Below are positions 17,448-27,566 of a DNA stretch of 46,105 nucleotides, in pieces. Numbering within the stretch: position 1 is the first letter of the stretch; every line of letters starts with the position of its first letter. Under the pieces are notes generated by a model. The model had not been told where the DNA came from. It made no database searches and was given only the letters and a program-made list of their open reading frames with translations. This stretch comes from an uncultured Pirellulales bacterium (GTDB lineage: Bacteria > Planctomycetota > Phycisphaerae > Sedimentisphaerales > Anaerobacaceae). The position numbers were made by a program, and so were the translations under genes. The DNA is taken from NCBI GenBank assembly GCA_964400665.1, contig CAYNVP010000001.1, positions 1 through 46,105 of the forward strand. Direction: 5' to 3'.

Positions 17448-18512
17448 GTGAATAATTTTCAAATAGCAATACACCTTCGAGAAGATAGTTTTTCTGACCG
17501 TTGGATTGAATACTGTGAAGAAAAGGGTGTTTCCTATAAAATAGTTGATTGTTACAAATCGGATATTATATCGCAACTGGCATCAGCAAACGCGTTTTTA
17601 TGGCATTGGAATCATACGTCTCCGAAAGATGTTTTGATCGCCCGCCATGTCATTCGTGCTGCCGAATTAATTGGGCAGATAGTTTATCCCAACACAGCTA
17701 CATGCTGGTCTTTCGATGACAAAGTGGCGCAAAAGTATATACTGGAAGCTGTTGGTGCCCCCTTAGTACCAAGCTACGTTTTCTTTGACCAGGATAGTGC
17801 TATGAATTGGGTTGATCGGGCATCTTTTCCAAAAGTATTCAAGCTTAGAAGAGGCTCCGGTTCCAGAAACGTCAGGCTAATTCGTAGCTGTCGAGAAGCC
17901 CGGGCGATAGTGAAGCAGGCTTTTGGTCGTGGGTTTAAGCCTATCGGAAGAGTTGTGTCAGAGATAGTAACAAGAATAGCAAAAAGTACTTATGAGCAAC
18001 AACGTGAGAAGTTGGGGAAAATAGTGCAGTTTCCCCAGAGATTGCTACGTATTCACCAAATTAACCAAAAGATGGGGCGAGAGTGTGGTTATGTGTATTT
18101 TCAAGATTTTATTCCTGCTAATCAGTTCGACACGCGTATAACAGTGATTGGAGACCGTTATGCTTTTGGCTTCACGCGTAATGTCAGGAAGAATGATTTT
18201 CGAGCTTCCGGTAGTGGTAGTGTAGAGTATAACAAAGATAGAATCGATCTTAAGTGTATTAAAATTGCATTCGATGTTTCGAAGAAACTGAACACGCAGA
18301 GTATCGCATTGGATTTTGTTATCAACCCCACAGGCGAACCCTTAATAGTAGAGGTAAGCTATTGTTTTGTTGGCTCAGCTGTTTATCATTGTCCAGGGTA
18401 CTGGGACAACCGGCTGCAGTGGCACGAAGGGAATATGTGGCCCCAAGACGCGATATTAGCTGATTTGATAGAACAGCTACGCCAACTGCCGGAAAAAGGC
18501 GTATTGGGATAG
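17448..18512 (+). CDS. ATP-grasp family carboxylate-amine ligase
   Basis: DDKVAQKYILEAVGAPLVPSYVF...FPKVFKLRRGSGSRNVRLI matches the ATP-grasp layout. GTG start after GGAGAAA. Confidence 0.65.
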   Translation: MNNFQIAIHLREDSFSDRWIEYCEEKGVSYKIVDCYKSDIISQLASANAFLWHWNHTSPKDVLIARHVIRAAELIGQIVYPNTATCWSFDDKVAQKYILEAVGAPLVPSYVFFDQDSAMNWVDRASFPKVFKLRRGSGSRNVRLIRSCREARAIVKQAFGRGFKPIGRVVSEIVTRIAKSTYEQQREKLGKIVQFPQRLLRIHQINQKMGRECGYVYFQDFIPANQFDTRITVIGDRYAFGFTRNVRKNDFRASGSGSVEYNKDRIDLKCIKIAFDVSKKLNTQSIALDFVINPTGEPLIVEVSYCFVGSAVYHCPGYWDNRLQWHEGNMWPQDAILADLIEQLRQLPEKGVLG

Positions 18513-18584
18513 TGGAAATTATTCTTGCGTGGAAATATTTTACGGCCAAGTAAGTTTTATGGAAATAAAGGCTTTGAGGTAGCA

Positions 18585-20057
18585 ATGCATTATATTGTTA
18601 TGTTTTTTGTTTTGCTCTGTGGTTCTATATGCACAGCTGACCAGCAACAACTCCCAAAAACATCTAAAAAAGATGTCAACAACATTTACTTCCAAGGCGA
18701 TTGTACGACATTTTTCATGAAGATTGAGAAGGCATATTTTGCAGATGGCGCTTTTTTGGTTGTTACAACAGGAGCACGTTATGAATATGTACCAGGCGAA
18801 TTGAAGATATATCAGGGCATTGGGCGTGATGATTCCAGACGATTACTTTCGACAGTAAAGATTGAAGGTGACCCTAAATTTGAAAGAGTCGAATCCAGTG
18901 ACGACCATGTGTTGTTGTGGTCTGAAAAACTTAATATTGGCATTTATGGTGATTCTACTTGTATAGTCGCACCTAGGGAGTCTTTGAATATAAGTTTTGC
19001 CGGCAATTTCAAGCCGGATTATGAGGGCCGTTTCAAAGGTGAGTTGTTACTGATTGATGATTTTGGAGGAATGGAAATATATCCGCAGCGATATGAAGCT
19101 GGTTACGAAGTTAAGAAAATTGAGCTTGGCAAAACAAATTGGCTTGCAGAGTATTTAGTCAATGCGAACGAACGGATAATGATAGCGGCATTTCCAGGTC
19201 GGCCCTTTGAGTGGGACAGATCTTTCAAAAGTGATATCATCAGCACCTATGGAAGTATGGGAATGGGAATTGGAAACCAATATGGTGAAATGCCGCCTGA
19301 TGATAGAATTAAGGAGTGGGCGTCATATTTTGGAACGTTAGTACTCTGGTTTAATGGGCTCTACGGAAGTGTTTCAGCAGGTCCATATACCGTTGCGAAT
19401 GAACCTGAATTCCACAGACTCGTTCGCACTGCCAAACGAGTAGGATTAAGGGTTGCGCCTTACACTTCAGTGTTTTATCATTACCGTAAGTTTAAGAGCA
19501 TTGAATCTTACTTTGAGCAAATAAAAGCGCTTCGAGATAAATACGGTATAGATGGCGTTTATATAGATGGACTTCTTTGCGATTATCAGCTCGAGAAAAA
19601 TGATGACAAAATCGCAAATTGGGAGATAATAAGAAGGTTGAGGCAATTGTTTGGAAAAGAAGGGGTTATAATTTTCCACTGCACTCATCTTGGCACTCCA
19701 GTTGCGACTATACCCAATGTTGACACATACTGCGATGTTACCTTTGCTGGTGAAGGAGTAGCGTTCAACTCAGTAGATGACCCTTATGTTCGTTATCAAG
19801 TAAGAAAATATGGTATATCCAATACAGTTGCCATGTGGATACCAGGCAAACAACATCCTGCTGATATTACGTATAGAGACATTATTGATGCCGTTGTAGA
19901 AATGAATGGTAGGGGGCGAGGATGGGGTTTTGTGGCGGTATATGAACCGCCTAAAGGCAATAAGTACGTCTGGGGTAATGGTTTAACAAAAGAATATAAA
20001 TATTACTTAAAAAAAATCGAACCTTTGAAAGAGGCATACTACAAAAATAAGGAATAG
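18585..20057 (+). CDS. Secreted two-domain protein of unknown function. The C-half is possibly a TIM-barrel glycoside-hydrolase-like domain
   Basis: Signal peptide MHYIVMFFVLLCGSICTA. The GIDGVYIDGL segment and following strands resemble GH-like barrels. This is the intact paralogue of the 13954-15396 pseudogene. The ORF opens at 18525. Confidence 0.6.
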   Translation: MHYIVMFFVLLCGSICTADQQQLPKTSKKDVNNIYFQGDCTTFFMKIEKAYFADGAFLVVTTGARYEYVPGELKIYQGIGRDDSRRLLSTVKIEGDPKFERVESSDDHVLLWSEKLNIGIYGDSTCIVAPRESLNISFAGNFKPDYEGRFKGELLLIDDFGGMEIYPQRYEAGYEVKKIELGKTNWLAEYLVNANERIMIAAFPGRPFEWDRSFKSDIISTYGSMGMGIGNQYGEMPPDDRIKEWASYFGTLVLWFNGLYGSVSAGPYTVANEPEFHRLVRTAKRVGLRVAPYTSVFYHYRKFKSIESYFEQIKALRDKYGIDGVYIDGLLCDYQLEKNDDKIANWEIIRRLRQLFGKEGVIIFHCTHLGTPVATIPNVDTYCDVTFAGEGVAFNSVDDPYVRYQVRKYGISNTVAMWIPGKQHPADITYRDIIDAVVEMNGRGRGWGFVAVYEPPKGNKYVWGNGLTKEYKYYLKKIEPLKEAYYKNKE

Positions 20058-20107
20058 CGACAAGATTACAGGGGCTTTAAGAAATACTTTGCGATAGATA
20101 TATTAAA

Positions 20108-21658
20108 ATGGAAACGGAATCAATGGAAGAAGTAGTAGTAAAAGAGAGTGAACCGCTTGACTTTTTAGATATTATTGTTGCGATAGTTTGGCCTTTCATC
20201 GTAATTGTCGCATTTTGCATTGTCGATGCCAACCTATTTCACTGGTTTCTCTTGCCAGTCTATCTGTGTGGAGTTCTAACAGGAATTGATGCAATACGAT
20301 GGCTACGGGGCAAGATGGACCTTTATGACGCCAAGGGGCTGATAGGCATATTGGGAGTTCACTTTTTTGTTGTGGCTTTTCTGTTGGTAGCACATTTTGA
20401 GCCATACCGAATTGCTAACATATACATTCTTGATTGGCGTCCATGGTTAGGAGGTGTTGCGTTCTTAAATGTATGTGGGATGATAAGTTATCAATTGGCC
20501 CAGCGATGGGCATATAATAAGCCGACACGTGCTGCCCAAACATATAGCACCTTGAATCCTGTATCCGTTAGAATAATTTTGCCTATTGCATTGGTATTTG
20601 TTTTTATTTCACATGTTTTTTTCATGTTTAGAATGGGCGGAATATCAGCCATTTTGAATTTGCGAACTTATGGGGATGTTACTGCAGGAGTTTTTGGTAT
20701 GGGGCCTTTCATGGTATTCGGTCGTTCCATACCGATGCTGTTGTTTATAAGTGTGACTATTTGGCGGTATAGAAAACTTCAGCGTTCCTCAAGCATTTTT
20801 TCTGTTGGGTTTGTACTAATGGTATTTTTAATTTTCCAATTTTTTACGGGAGGTTTGACGGGTAGCAGAGGTGCCACAGTTTGGGGACTATTCTGGGCTG
20901 TTGGGATCATTCATTTTTTCTGGCGGCCAATACCCGTAAAATGGGTTATAATCGCACTGTTGCCATTTCTGTTTTTTATGTATATTTACGGTTTTTACAA
21001 AAATCTCGGAACTCGAGTTTTTGAGTTATTCCGGGGAGTTACGACTATCGAATCCCTATCACTTGAAAGCAAAAGAACTTTTAGTGGCATGCTTATTGGC
21101 GATTTAAGCCGCTCAGACGTGCAGCCGGCACAGCTTTATGTGATTGTCGAGAAACCATGGCATTATCGCTACAGGTGGGGTTCTACCTACATAACATCTG
21201 TTATACCTTTGATACCGAGGATGCTGTGGCCAACTAAACCATCAGATTGCGGAAAAGTTATTTCTGGGACGGAGATGACATTTGGCCCAGAAACATACCA
21301 GAAAAAAAGGCTGCTTGGTGATTATATGAGGTCGACGAGGATTTTTGGGTTGGCGGGCGAAGCTATGCTAAATTTTGGAATAGCAGGAGTCCTACCAGCT
21401 TTTTTTGTTTGGGGTTATATTGTCGGCCGAATTCGTCGCAGAATACAGAGTTACCGTTTTGGGGACACTCGATTGTTAACCGCACCGTTTTTAATCTCCT
21501 TGTGCTTTCTATCTCTCATTAATGACATGGATAATCTTGTTGCAGTGACTCTGTTTAAGTTTCTTATTCCAGCTTTAGTCATGTACCTCATATCCACTCC
21601 TTTACCAGTCGTGGAAATAGAGGATGAGTCAGCAAATGTGTTGATACCGGTGCTGTAG
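20108..21658 (+). CDS. Polytopic membrane protein, candidate repeat-unit polymerase (Wzy-like)
   Basis: 516 aa with at least 10 hydrophobic helices plus one large loop (about aa 320-400). It has low GC and lies between the secreted protein gene and the glycosyltransferases in a locus that also has wzx. Confidence 0.5.
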   Translation: METESMEEVVVKESEPLDFLDIIVAIVWPFIVIVAFCIVDANLFHWFLLPVYLCGVLTGIDAIRWLRGKMDLYDAKGLIGILGVHFFVVAFLLVAHFEPYRIANIYILDWRPWLGGVAFLNVCGMISYQLAQRWAYNKPTRAAQTYSTLNPVSVRIILPIALVFVFISHVFFMFRMGGISAILNLRTYGDVTAGVFGMGPFMVFGRSIPMLLFISVTIWRYRKLQRSSSIFSVGFVLMVFLIFQFFTGGLTGSRGATVWGLFWAVGIIHFFWRPIPVKWVIIALLPFLFFMYIYGFYKNLGTRVFELFRGVTTIESLSLESKRTFSGMLIGDLSRSDVQPAQLYVIVEKPWHYRYRWGSTYITSVIPLIPRMLWPTKPSDCGKVISGTEMTFGPETYQKKRLLGDYMRSTRIFGLAGEAMLNFGIAGVLPAFFVWGYIVGRIRRRIQSYRFGDTRLLTAPFLISLCFLSLINDMDNLVAVTLFKFLIPALVMYLISTPLPVVEIEDESANVLIPVL

Positions 21659-21780
21659 TATAGTTTAGGGAATTAGTTGTTATTCAATCTGACTTGTTTT
21701 GTCGAACTACGTTGAAGAGAATTTTCCGTAAATATTTTTAAATTTTTCGATAGTAAGCTAAATGTGCTGGAGGCAAAGTT

Positions 21781-22947
21781 TTGGTTGAGAAGGATAAGGG
21801 GCCGATCGTTTTTTTTAGCTCGGTTACACATTTTGGTGGTTCGGTGAAAAGTACAATTGCATTGATTGAAGAGATCAAAAAAAAATGCGATGTAATGGTA
21901 CTTGATGTTTCTGGTTGTTGTACGGAATATATAAACGAACTGGAAAAGTTGGGTATCACTTATGAAATCATATTGCCCAAAGCCAAAAAAATGATTATTG
22001 GGGGTAGTTCACGAATAAGTCGTCTCTGGCGTGTACTAATAGCCGGCGGAGAGATTTGGCGGATCGTTAGGCAACTGCGAAGGAAGCTGGAAGATATTAA
22101 TCCACAAGTGATATGCCTGAATTTTCAAAAGTCTATGTTTTATGTCGGCCGTGCAGTGGGGAAAAGATTTCCTACATTGATGTTTGTACGTATTAGATAT
22201 CAAAAACTTAAATGGTACTGTCTTAAAGACTGGAGGAATCTTGGGGTAATTGTTGGCAATAATTCTAAAACACTTAAGTTCTTTGAACAATTTGACTGGG
22301 CTCGTAACAAGTTGGCTGTTGCTTATAATGGCATCGATTTTGATGCTATACAAAGAACAGAAGCAGCTTCGAAAAACCTTCCGGGACAGGATTCATCACT
22401 AAAAATGCTAATGCCAGCAACACTAATCCCTCTTAAGGCTCATTCGGTCGCAATAAAGGGCTTTGCCAAGTTTTGTAGGTCTCATAATGATTGCATTATG
22501 TGGATTTGTGGTGACACTCCTAATAATCTTACGCTGGATTATGAAAATAGCTTGCATGAACTATGCCACAAGCTTGGCATTACAGATAAGGTTCACTTTC
22601 TCGGCTGGTGCTCTAATGTACCAGCGATTATGAAATCGGCCGACATTATGGTTTTGACCAGTGAAACAGAGGGTTTGCCTCGATCCCTACTAGAGGCCAT
22701 GGCTCTGGGCTTGCCTGTGATAGCAACTAAAGTAGGAGGCATTACGGAAGTTATTCGTGATGATGTCGATGGTATTCTCGTTGATGTTGGAGACGATGAT
22801 GCGGTTGCCACGGCATTGGAAAGACTGCAAATTGCCGAGACTCGGCATAAAATGGGTCTTGCAGGTCAACAGCGCATTAAGACAGAATTCAGCATTAAGA
22901 GGCAGGCTGATGTTTTTCTCAAACTCATAAACAAAATAGTTAGTTAA
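21781..22947 (+). CDS. Glycosyltransferase family 4 (GT-B)
   Basis: EGLPRSLLEAMALGLPVIATKVGGITEVI motif. TTG start 8 nt after GGAGG. Confidence 0.8.
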   Translation: MVEKDKGPIVFFSSVTHFGGSVKSTIALIEEIKKKCDVMVLDVSGCCTEYINELEKLGITYEIILPKAKKMIIGGSSRISRLWRVLIAGGEIWRIVRQLRRKLEDINPQVICLNFQKSMFYVGRAVGKRFPTLMFVRIRYQKLKWYCLKDWRNLGVIVGNNSKTLKFFEQFDWARNKLAVAYNGIDFDAIQRTEAASKNLPGQDSSLKMLMPATLIPLKAHSVAIKGFAKFCRSHNDCIMWICGDTPNNLTLDYENSLHELCHKLGITDKVHFLGWCSNVPAIMKSADIMVLTSETEGLPRSLLEAMALGLPVIATKVGGITEVIRDDVDGILVDVGDDDAVATALERLQIAETRHKMGLAGQQRIKTEFSIKRQADVFLKLINKIVS

Positions 22948-22963
22948 AGGAAAAAATTGCAAA

Positions 22964-23872
22964 ATGTCAAAGTTTTTAATAACCGTTGGCATACCCATCT
23001 ATAATGCCCGTGAATCGTTGTTGGACGCGGTGCGTTCTATCTTCGCCCAGGGTTTCACCGACTGGGAATTAATCCTTGTTGACGATGGTTCAACGGATGG
23101 CAGTATCGATATTGCCAGGTCAATAGACGACCCGCGGGTTCGACTGTTGGTGCCGGATGGCAGGAATCTGCGTCTGGCGGCAAGATTGAACCAAATCGCG
23201 CAAGCCGCCAAAGGAGAATATATTGCCCGTATGGATGCAGATGACTTGTCTCACCCGGAACGGTTCTCCAGGCAACTGCGTTTTCTAAAGGCTCATCCGG
23301 AAGTTGATGTTGTTGGCACCTGTATGTGCATGCTTGACCGTAACAGCGAACCGGTAAGCAAGGTGGTTGTGGACGAGCATCACAAAGATATTCTAAGGAA
23401 CAAATTCGACGGTGTTTCCATTGCTCACCCAACTATCATGGCAAAGGCCGAATGGTTCCGCACTTGGCCGTATGACCCACATACCATACGTTGTGAGGAT
23501 TTCGAGCTGTGGCTCCGTTCCTTGCGTCAAAGCACTTTTGCAAATATTTGCGAACCATTATATTTTTACAGCGAACTCGTTTCGTCCACACTCACTAAAT
23601 ACGCCAAATCAAAACAATCCGCAGCTAAGGTTATATGGAAATACGCCCGACCGGAAATCGGCACACTGAAGACGTCATATCAAGTATGGAGAAAGTATCT
23701 TGATATTGCTATATTTGCCACAGCCAAATTTACAGGACTGCGAGACTTGGCCATCAATAGACGCAGAAGGTACCAGCCGTTCAGCCCCGAAGAACGCGCA
23801 GAACTTGTGTCTGCCCTGAACATGATTCGCGGGACAGAGGTGCCCGTGCGTAATACAGAGACGAAACCTTAG
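22964..23872 (+). CDS. Glycosyltransferase family 2 (GT-A)
   Basis: VGIPIYNARESLLDAVRSIFAQGFTDWELILVDDGSTDGS and RMDADD (DxD). Confidence 0.85.
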   Translation: MSKFLITVGIPIYNARESLLDAVRSIFAQGFTDWELILVDDGSTDGSIDIARSIDDPRVRLLVPDGRNLRLAARLNQIAQAAKGEYIARMDADDLSHPERFSRQLRFLKAHPEVDVVGTCMCMLDRNSEPVSKVVVDEHHKDILRNKFDGVSIAHPTIMAKAEWFRTWPYDPHTIRCEDFELWLRSLRQSTFANICEPLYFYSELVSSTLTKYAKSKQSAAKVIWKYARPEIGTLKTSYQVWRKYLDIAIFATAKFTGLRDLAINRRRRYQPFSPEERAELVSALNMIRGTEVPVRNTETKP

Positions 23873-23904
23873 TATGAGCAAGGGTAGAATGGGAAAAGAC
23901 CGCT

Positions 23905-24642
23905 ATGTCATCGATATTTGAGAAGATGTATCCTTCCTTACCAGTTTCACTGCAGAATCTGGCAGTGAGTCTGGTGGGTTGGCGGTATAACAAACAAAGG
24001 TATAGCGGAAATTATACTGCATACGTTGAGCAACTTATGCGCACCCAATGGTTTTCCGCAGAACAATTTCGTCAGATGCAAATAAAAGAACTAAGAACTT
24101 TGATCCGGGATGCCATAGAAAATGTGCCCTATTATCAAAAAACTTTAGGGCCGTTCTCAGGCAAAATTGACTCTTTGACTCTTGATAACCTGCGTGAACT
24201 TCCCATTGTAGAGAAAAAAGTCCTTCGCTATAATGTTAATGAATTTACAAATCATCAAAGATTAAAAAAGTACGGCTATGTTCATGCTCATAGTAGTGGC
24301 ACATCGGGAGCACCTTTGTTTTTTTCTTATGATTGTGATTCAATAAGACATGATCTTGCGTTTCGTGAACGCCAATATAGGTGGGCGGGAATAACCGGTC
24401 GTGAGAGGTCTGCCAGATTCAGCGGCACGGTTCTTTTAGGCAGACATACAGGGCCGCCGTACTGGCGACATAATGTGCCGGAAAATCAATGGCTTTTTTC
24501 AACCTATCATATTAATCAAGAAACAGCTCCATTGTTTTATGAAGCGTTGAAACGATTGAATGTTGCGTATTTAGATGGTTATCCTACGGCACTGTTCGAA
24601 ATCGCCCGTTGGGTAAATAAAAATGGCATAAGAGAGAAATGA
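23905..24642 (+). pseudogene. Truncated CapK/PaaK-like adenylate-forming enzyme (N-terminal half only)
   Basis: It aligns to residues 1 to about 245 of the 449-aa paralogue at 25049-26398, including the P-loop-like HSSGTSGAP versus YTGGTTGKG. It ends right after YPTALFEIARW. About 400 bp of AT-rich non-coding DNA follows. Confidence 0.7.
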
Positions 24643-25048
24643 TTTTTCAGTTTGTTTTTATGTATCCTTTGCGATTTATATCTACCTCAGGTGGTCTTTT
24701 AAAGGCATTTAAACGGTTAAAGCTAAGACATATATTTGTTATTTTTGAAAATGTTTTCAAGAAAAGTTAAAGGTGAAGTTTATATCTCCGTTTTAGAATA
24801 TGAGGTTTCCACAATAAATTGATTAACCGGCGGTATCAAGCTTTGGGCCAAATTGAACACAAGGAAGCAAGCATGGCCATTGATATTATCACCAATACCG
24901 AAGTCCCAGCTCGAAAAGTAAATTAATATTTTTTTTGGGGGAGAGTAATCTAATCGAAATATACTTTTACAAGCCATTGTCAGGCAATAACAGAAACAGA
25001 AAAAAATATTTACAAATAGCGAACTTATCCTTATCGGGAGATTAAGTT

Positions 25049-26398
25049 ATGGCAAGTAAACTGGAGAAGATTTTTGAAACATCCCCTGCATGGTTTAAGG
25101 ATTTGATGGCGACTATTGAAGGGACTCGATTGTATTACATGCGGCGTGCGGGAGTCTATAAAGAAAAAAGGGAATTATATCAACAACTGAGGACAAGAAG
25201 TTACCAGGAGCTTTTGGCTTATCAAAAAGAGAAATTTTCAGAAATTTTCTATGATGCCAAAGAAAAATCTCCTTATTACGCCCGGAAATATAAAAACATA
25301 AACGAACCCGATATTTCAAAAATACCGATCCTGGAGAAGGAGGAACTGCGGGCGAATATTGATCAATTTGTCATAGGGGACAGAAAGGAGTTATTAGAGT
25401 TTTATACCGGGGGGACGACAGGGAAAGGGATTAAGCTTTTTTTACGGCGGTCATCGTTGCAGGATCGAATCTCGATGTTAGATCTGTTCTGGAAGATGCA
25501 TGGGTATGAGTTTAGAGACAGATGTGCATGGTTTTCCGGACGTAACCTTGTGCATGAGGATGACGCTCGCAAAAATATTTTTTGGCGAACCAACTGGTAT
25601 CTTAACATAAGATATTATTCAACATTTCATCTGTCGCAGGATAATCTTGCTTATTATGTGGACAATATAAATAGGTACAAGCCGGTGTTCTTTTCAGGTT
25701 TTCCGTCAGCAGTTTATGAGCTTGCTCAGTACATGTCCATTAAGCGAATCAAGCCGGAGTTTCAGTTAAAAGGTATCTTTACGACTTCAGAGACGCTCTA
25801 TCCAACTTATAGAGAAACAATTGAGTCATTGTTTAATTGTAAAGTAAGAGATCAATACAGTTCAACGGAAGGCTCTCCGTGGATTATCGAATGTCCGCAC
25901 GGCAGGCGGCACTATGATCCCGCCAGCGGAATTATGGAAGTTGTTGATGAATCAGGTAATCCGGCAGAGGAGGGTGAGATTCTGGCAACAAGTTTTACGA
26001 TGAGAGAAGTTCCAATCATCAGGTATCGAATTGGTGACTATGTAAAAATGTCAGGGCAGATCGGGTGTTCCTGCGGCTGGGATACCCCGATAGTTGATAA
26101 AATTGAAGGTCGAAAAATGGATTACATTGAAATTCCAGGTCGCGGAAAAATATGGTGTTCTCAGATAGGTGATTGCGTCAAAGGTGTCAATTCGGTAATT
26201 AGTTTTCAGGTTGAGCTTCTTGATAATAATAGGGTGAAAATCTATATAATAGCTAACCGTGATGATTTCGAGAAGAAAGATAAGGAGAAATTTCTCAAGA
26301 ATTTTAGAGAAAGAGCAGGGGATGTTCCAATAGAAATCGTTTATGTTAACCGACTTGAGAAGAGTAAAAGTGGGAAGCACAGTGTTATCAAGCAATAA
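25049..26398 (+). CDS. CapK / phenylacetate-CoA-ligase-like (F390-synthetase-type) adenylate-forming enzyme
   Basis: YTGGTTGKG motif, a 449-aa length and an architecture typical of the PaaK/CapK family found in capsule loci. Confidence 0.7.
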   Translation: MASKLEKIFETSPAWFKDLMATIEGTRLYYMRRAGVYKEKRELYQQLRTRSYQELLAYQKEKFSEIFYDAKEKSPYYARKYKNINEPDISKIPILEKEELRANIDQFVIGDRKELLEFYTGGTTGKGIKLFLRRSSLQDRISMLDLFWKMHGYEFRDRCAWFSGRNLVHEDDARKNIFWRTNWYLNIRYYSTFHLSQDNLAYYVDNINRYKPVFFSGFPSAVYELAQYMSIKRIKPEFQLKGIFTTSETLYPTYRETIESLFNCKVRDQYSSTEGSPWIIECPHGRRHYDPASGIMEVVDESGNPAEEGEILATSFTMREVPIIRYRIGDYVKMSGQIGCSCGWDTPIVDKIEGRKMDYIEIPGRGKIWCSQIGDCVKGVNSVISFQVELLDNNRVKIYIIANRDDFEKKDKEKFLKNFRERAGDVPIEIVYVNRLEKSKSGKHSVIKQ

Positions 26399-27566
26399 AA
26401 AACGACTATGTGTGATTTCTGCAATTGATGTCACCTTTAAGGTTCTTCTGATAGCTCAGTTAAAGGCTGCAATGAAAGAAGGGTATACGGTGTACGGGGT
26501 CTGTACCCGGGGGGAGAAGTTTGAATGGCTTGAAAACGAAGGTGTTCATATGAAGGCCATTACGATTAAAAGAAGGATCAGCCCGTTTAGCGACTTGATT
26601 ACCCTGTGGAAACTGTTTCGATTTTTTCGGAAAGAAAGAATAGATATTGTTCACACTCATACACCGAAGTGTAGTTTGTTGGGTCAGTTGGCGGCAAAAT
26701 TGGCTGGTGTACCTGTTGTAATAAACACCGTTCACGGTTTTTATTTTCATGATAATATGAAGCCTCTTACAAAATGGTTTTACATTGCAATGGAATGGAC
26801 TGCTGGTAAATGTTCTACAATGATTCTCAGTCAGAATCCAGAAGATATTGATACGGCAATAAAGCTGGGCATCTGTAATCCTGATAAAATCAGAATACTC
26901 GGCAACGGCGTCGATCTGGCTAAATTTAATCCGAACGGATTCAATGAAAATTTCAAGGCAGAAAAGCGCAAAGAGGTCGGCCTGCCCGTCGATGCTGTTG
27001 TAATTGGAATTATTGGTAGATTAGTTAAAGAAAAAGGTTTTCTTGAATTATTCGAAGCTTTCAAAGAAATTATAAAAGAGCATAATGATGTCTGGCTTAT
27101 GGTAATCGGGCCGGAAGAACCTGAAAAGACCGATAGAATTTCTGCCGATACTTTCAAACAATATGACATAGAAAACAGAACGATATATTTGGGCGCCAGA
27201 GACGATATTCCTGAGTTATTAGCCTGTTGTGATATATATGCCTTGCCATCGTGGCGGGAGGGTTTTCCCCGCTCGGCCATTGAAGCAGCGGCGATGGGAT
27301 TACCCATAGTCACCACGGATATTCGCGGGTGTCGTCAAGTTGTTGAAGATGGCGTGAACGGATTTTTAACACCTGTACATGACATGGAGAAGTTAAAAGA
27401 AGCAATAATGAAATTGATCAACGACAAAGAAATGAGAGTTCGAATGGGCAAGGCCGGATATCACAAATCCCGAAAAGAATTTGATGAAAAAAATATATGC
27501 AGGATAGTCATCGAGACCTATGAAAATGAATTAGCGGCAAAGAGAGCTGCTTTAAACCGAGAATAA
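26343..27566 (+). CDS. Glycosyltransferase family 4 (GT-B)
   Basis: EGFPRSAIEAAAMGLPIVTTDIRGCRQVV motif. The start is uncertain. The ATG at 26343 overlaps the upstream gene by 56 nt, and an in-frame GTG at 26412 is an alternative. Confidence 0.8.
   Translation: MLTDLRRVKVGSTVLSSNKKRLCVISAIDVTFKVLLIAQLKAAMKEGYTVYGVCTRGEKFEWLENEGVHMKAITIKRRISPFSDLITLWKLFRFFRKERIDIVHTHTPKCSLLGQLAAKLAGVPVVINTVHGFYFHDNMKPLTKWFYIAMEWTAGKCSTMILSQNPEDIDTAIKLGICNPDKIRILGNGVDLAKFNPNGFNENFKAEKRKEVGLPVDAVVIGIIGRLVKEKGFLELFEAFKEIIKEHNDVWLMVIGPEEPEKTDRISADTFKQYDIENRTIYLGARDDIPELLACCDIYALPSWREGFPRSAIEAAAMGLPIVTTDIRGCRQVVEDGVNGFLTPVHDMEKLKEAIMKLINDKEMRVRMGKAGYHKSRKEFDEKNICRIVIETYENELAAKRAALNRE

Noticed and set aside
24780-24977. 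65-aa minus-strand ORF in the AT-rich scar, considered as a possible transposase or IS relic.
   Set aside because: It has no transposase-like motifs (DDE, HTH), no terminal inverted repeats that I could find around it, and no RBS.
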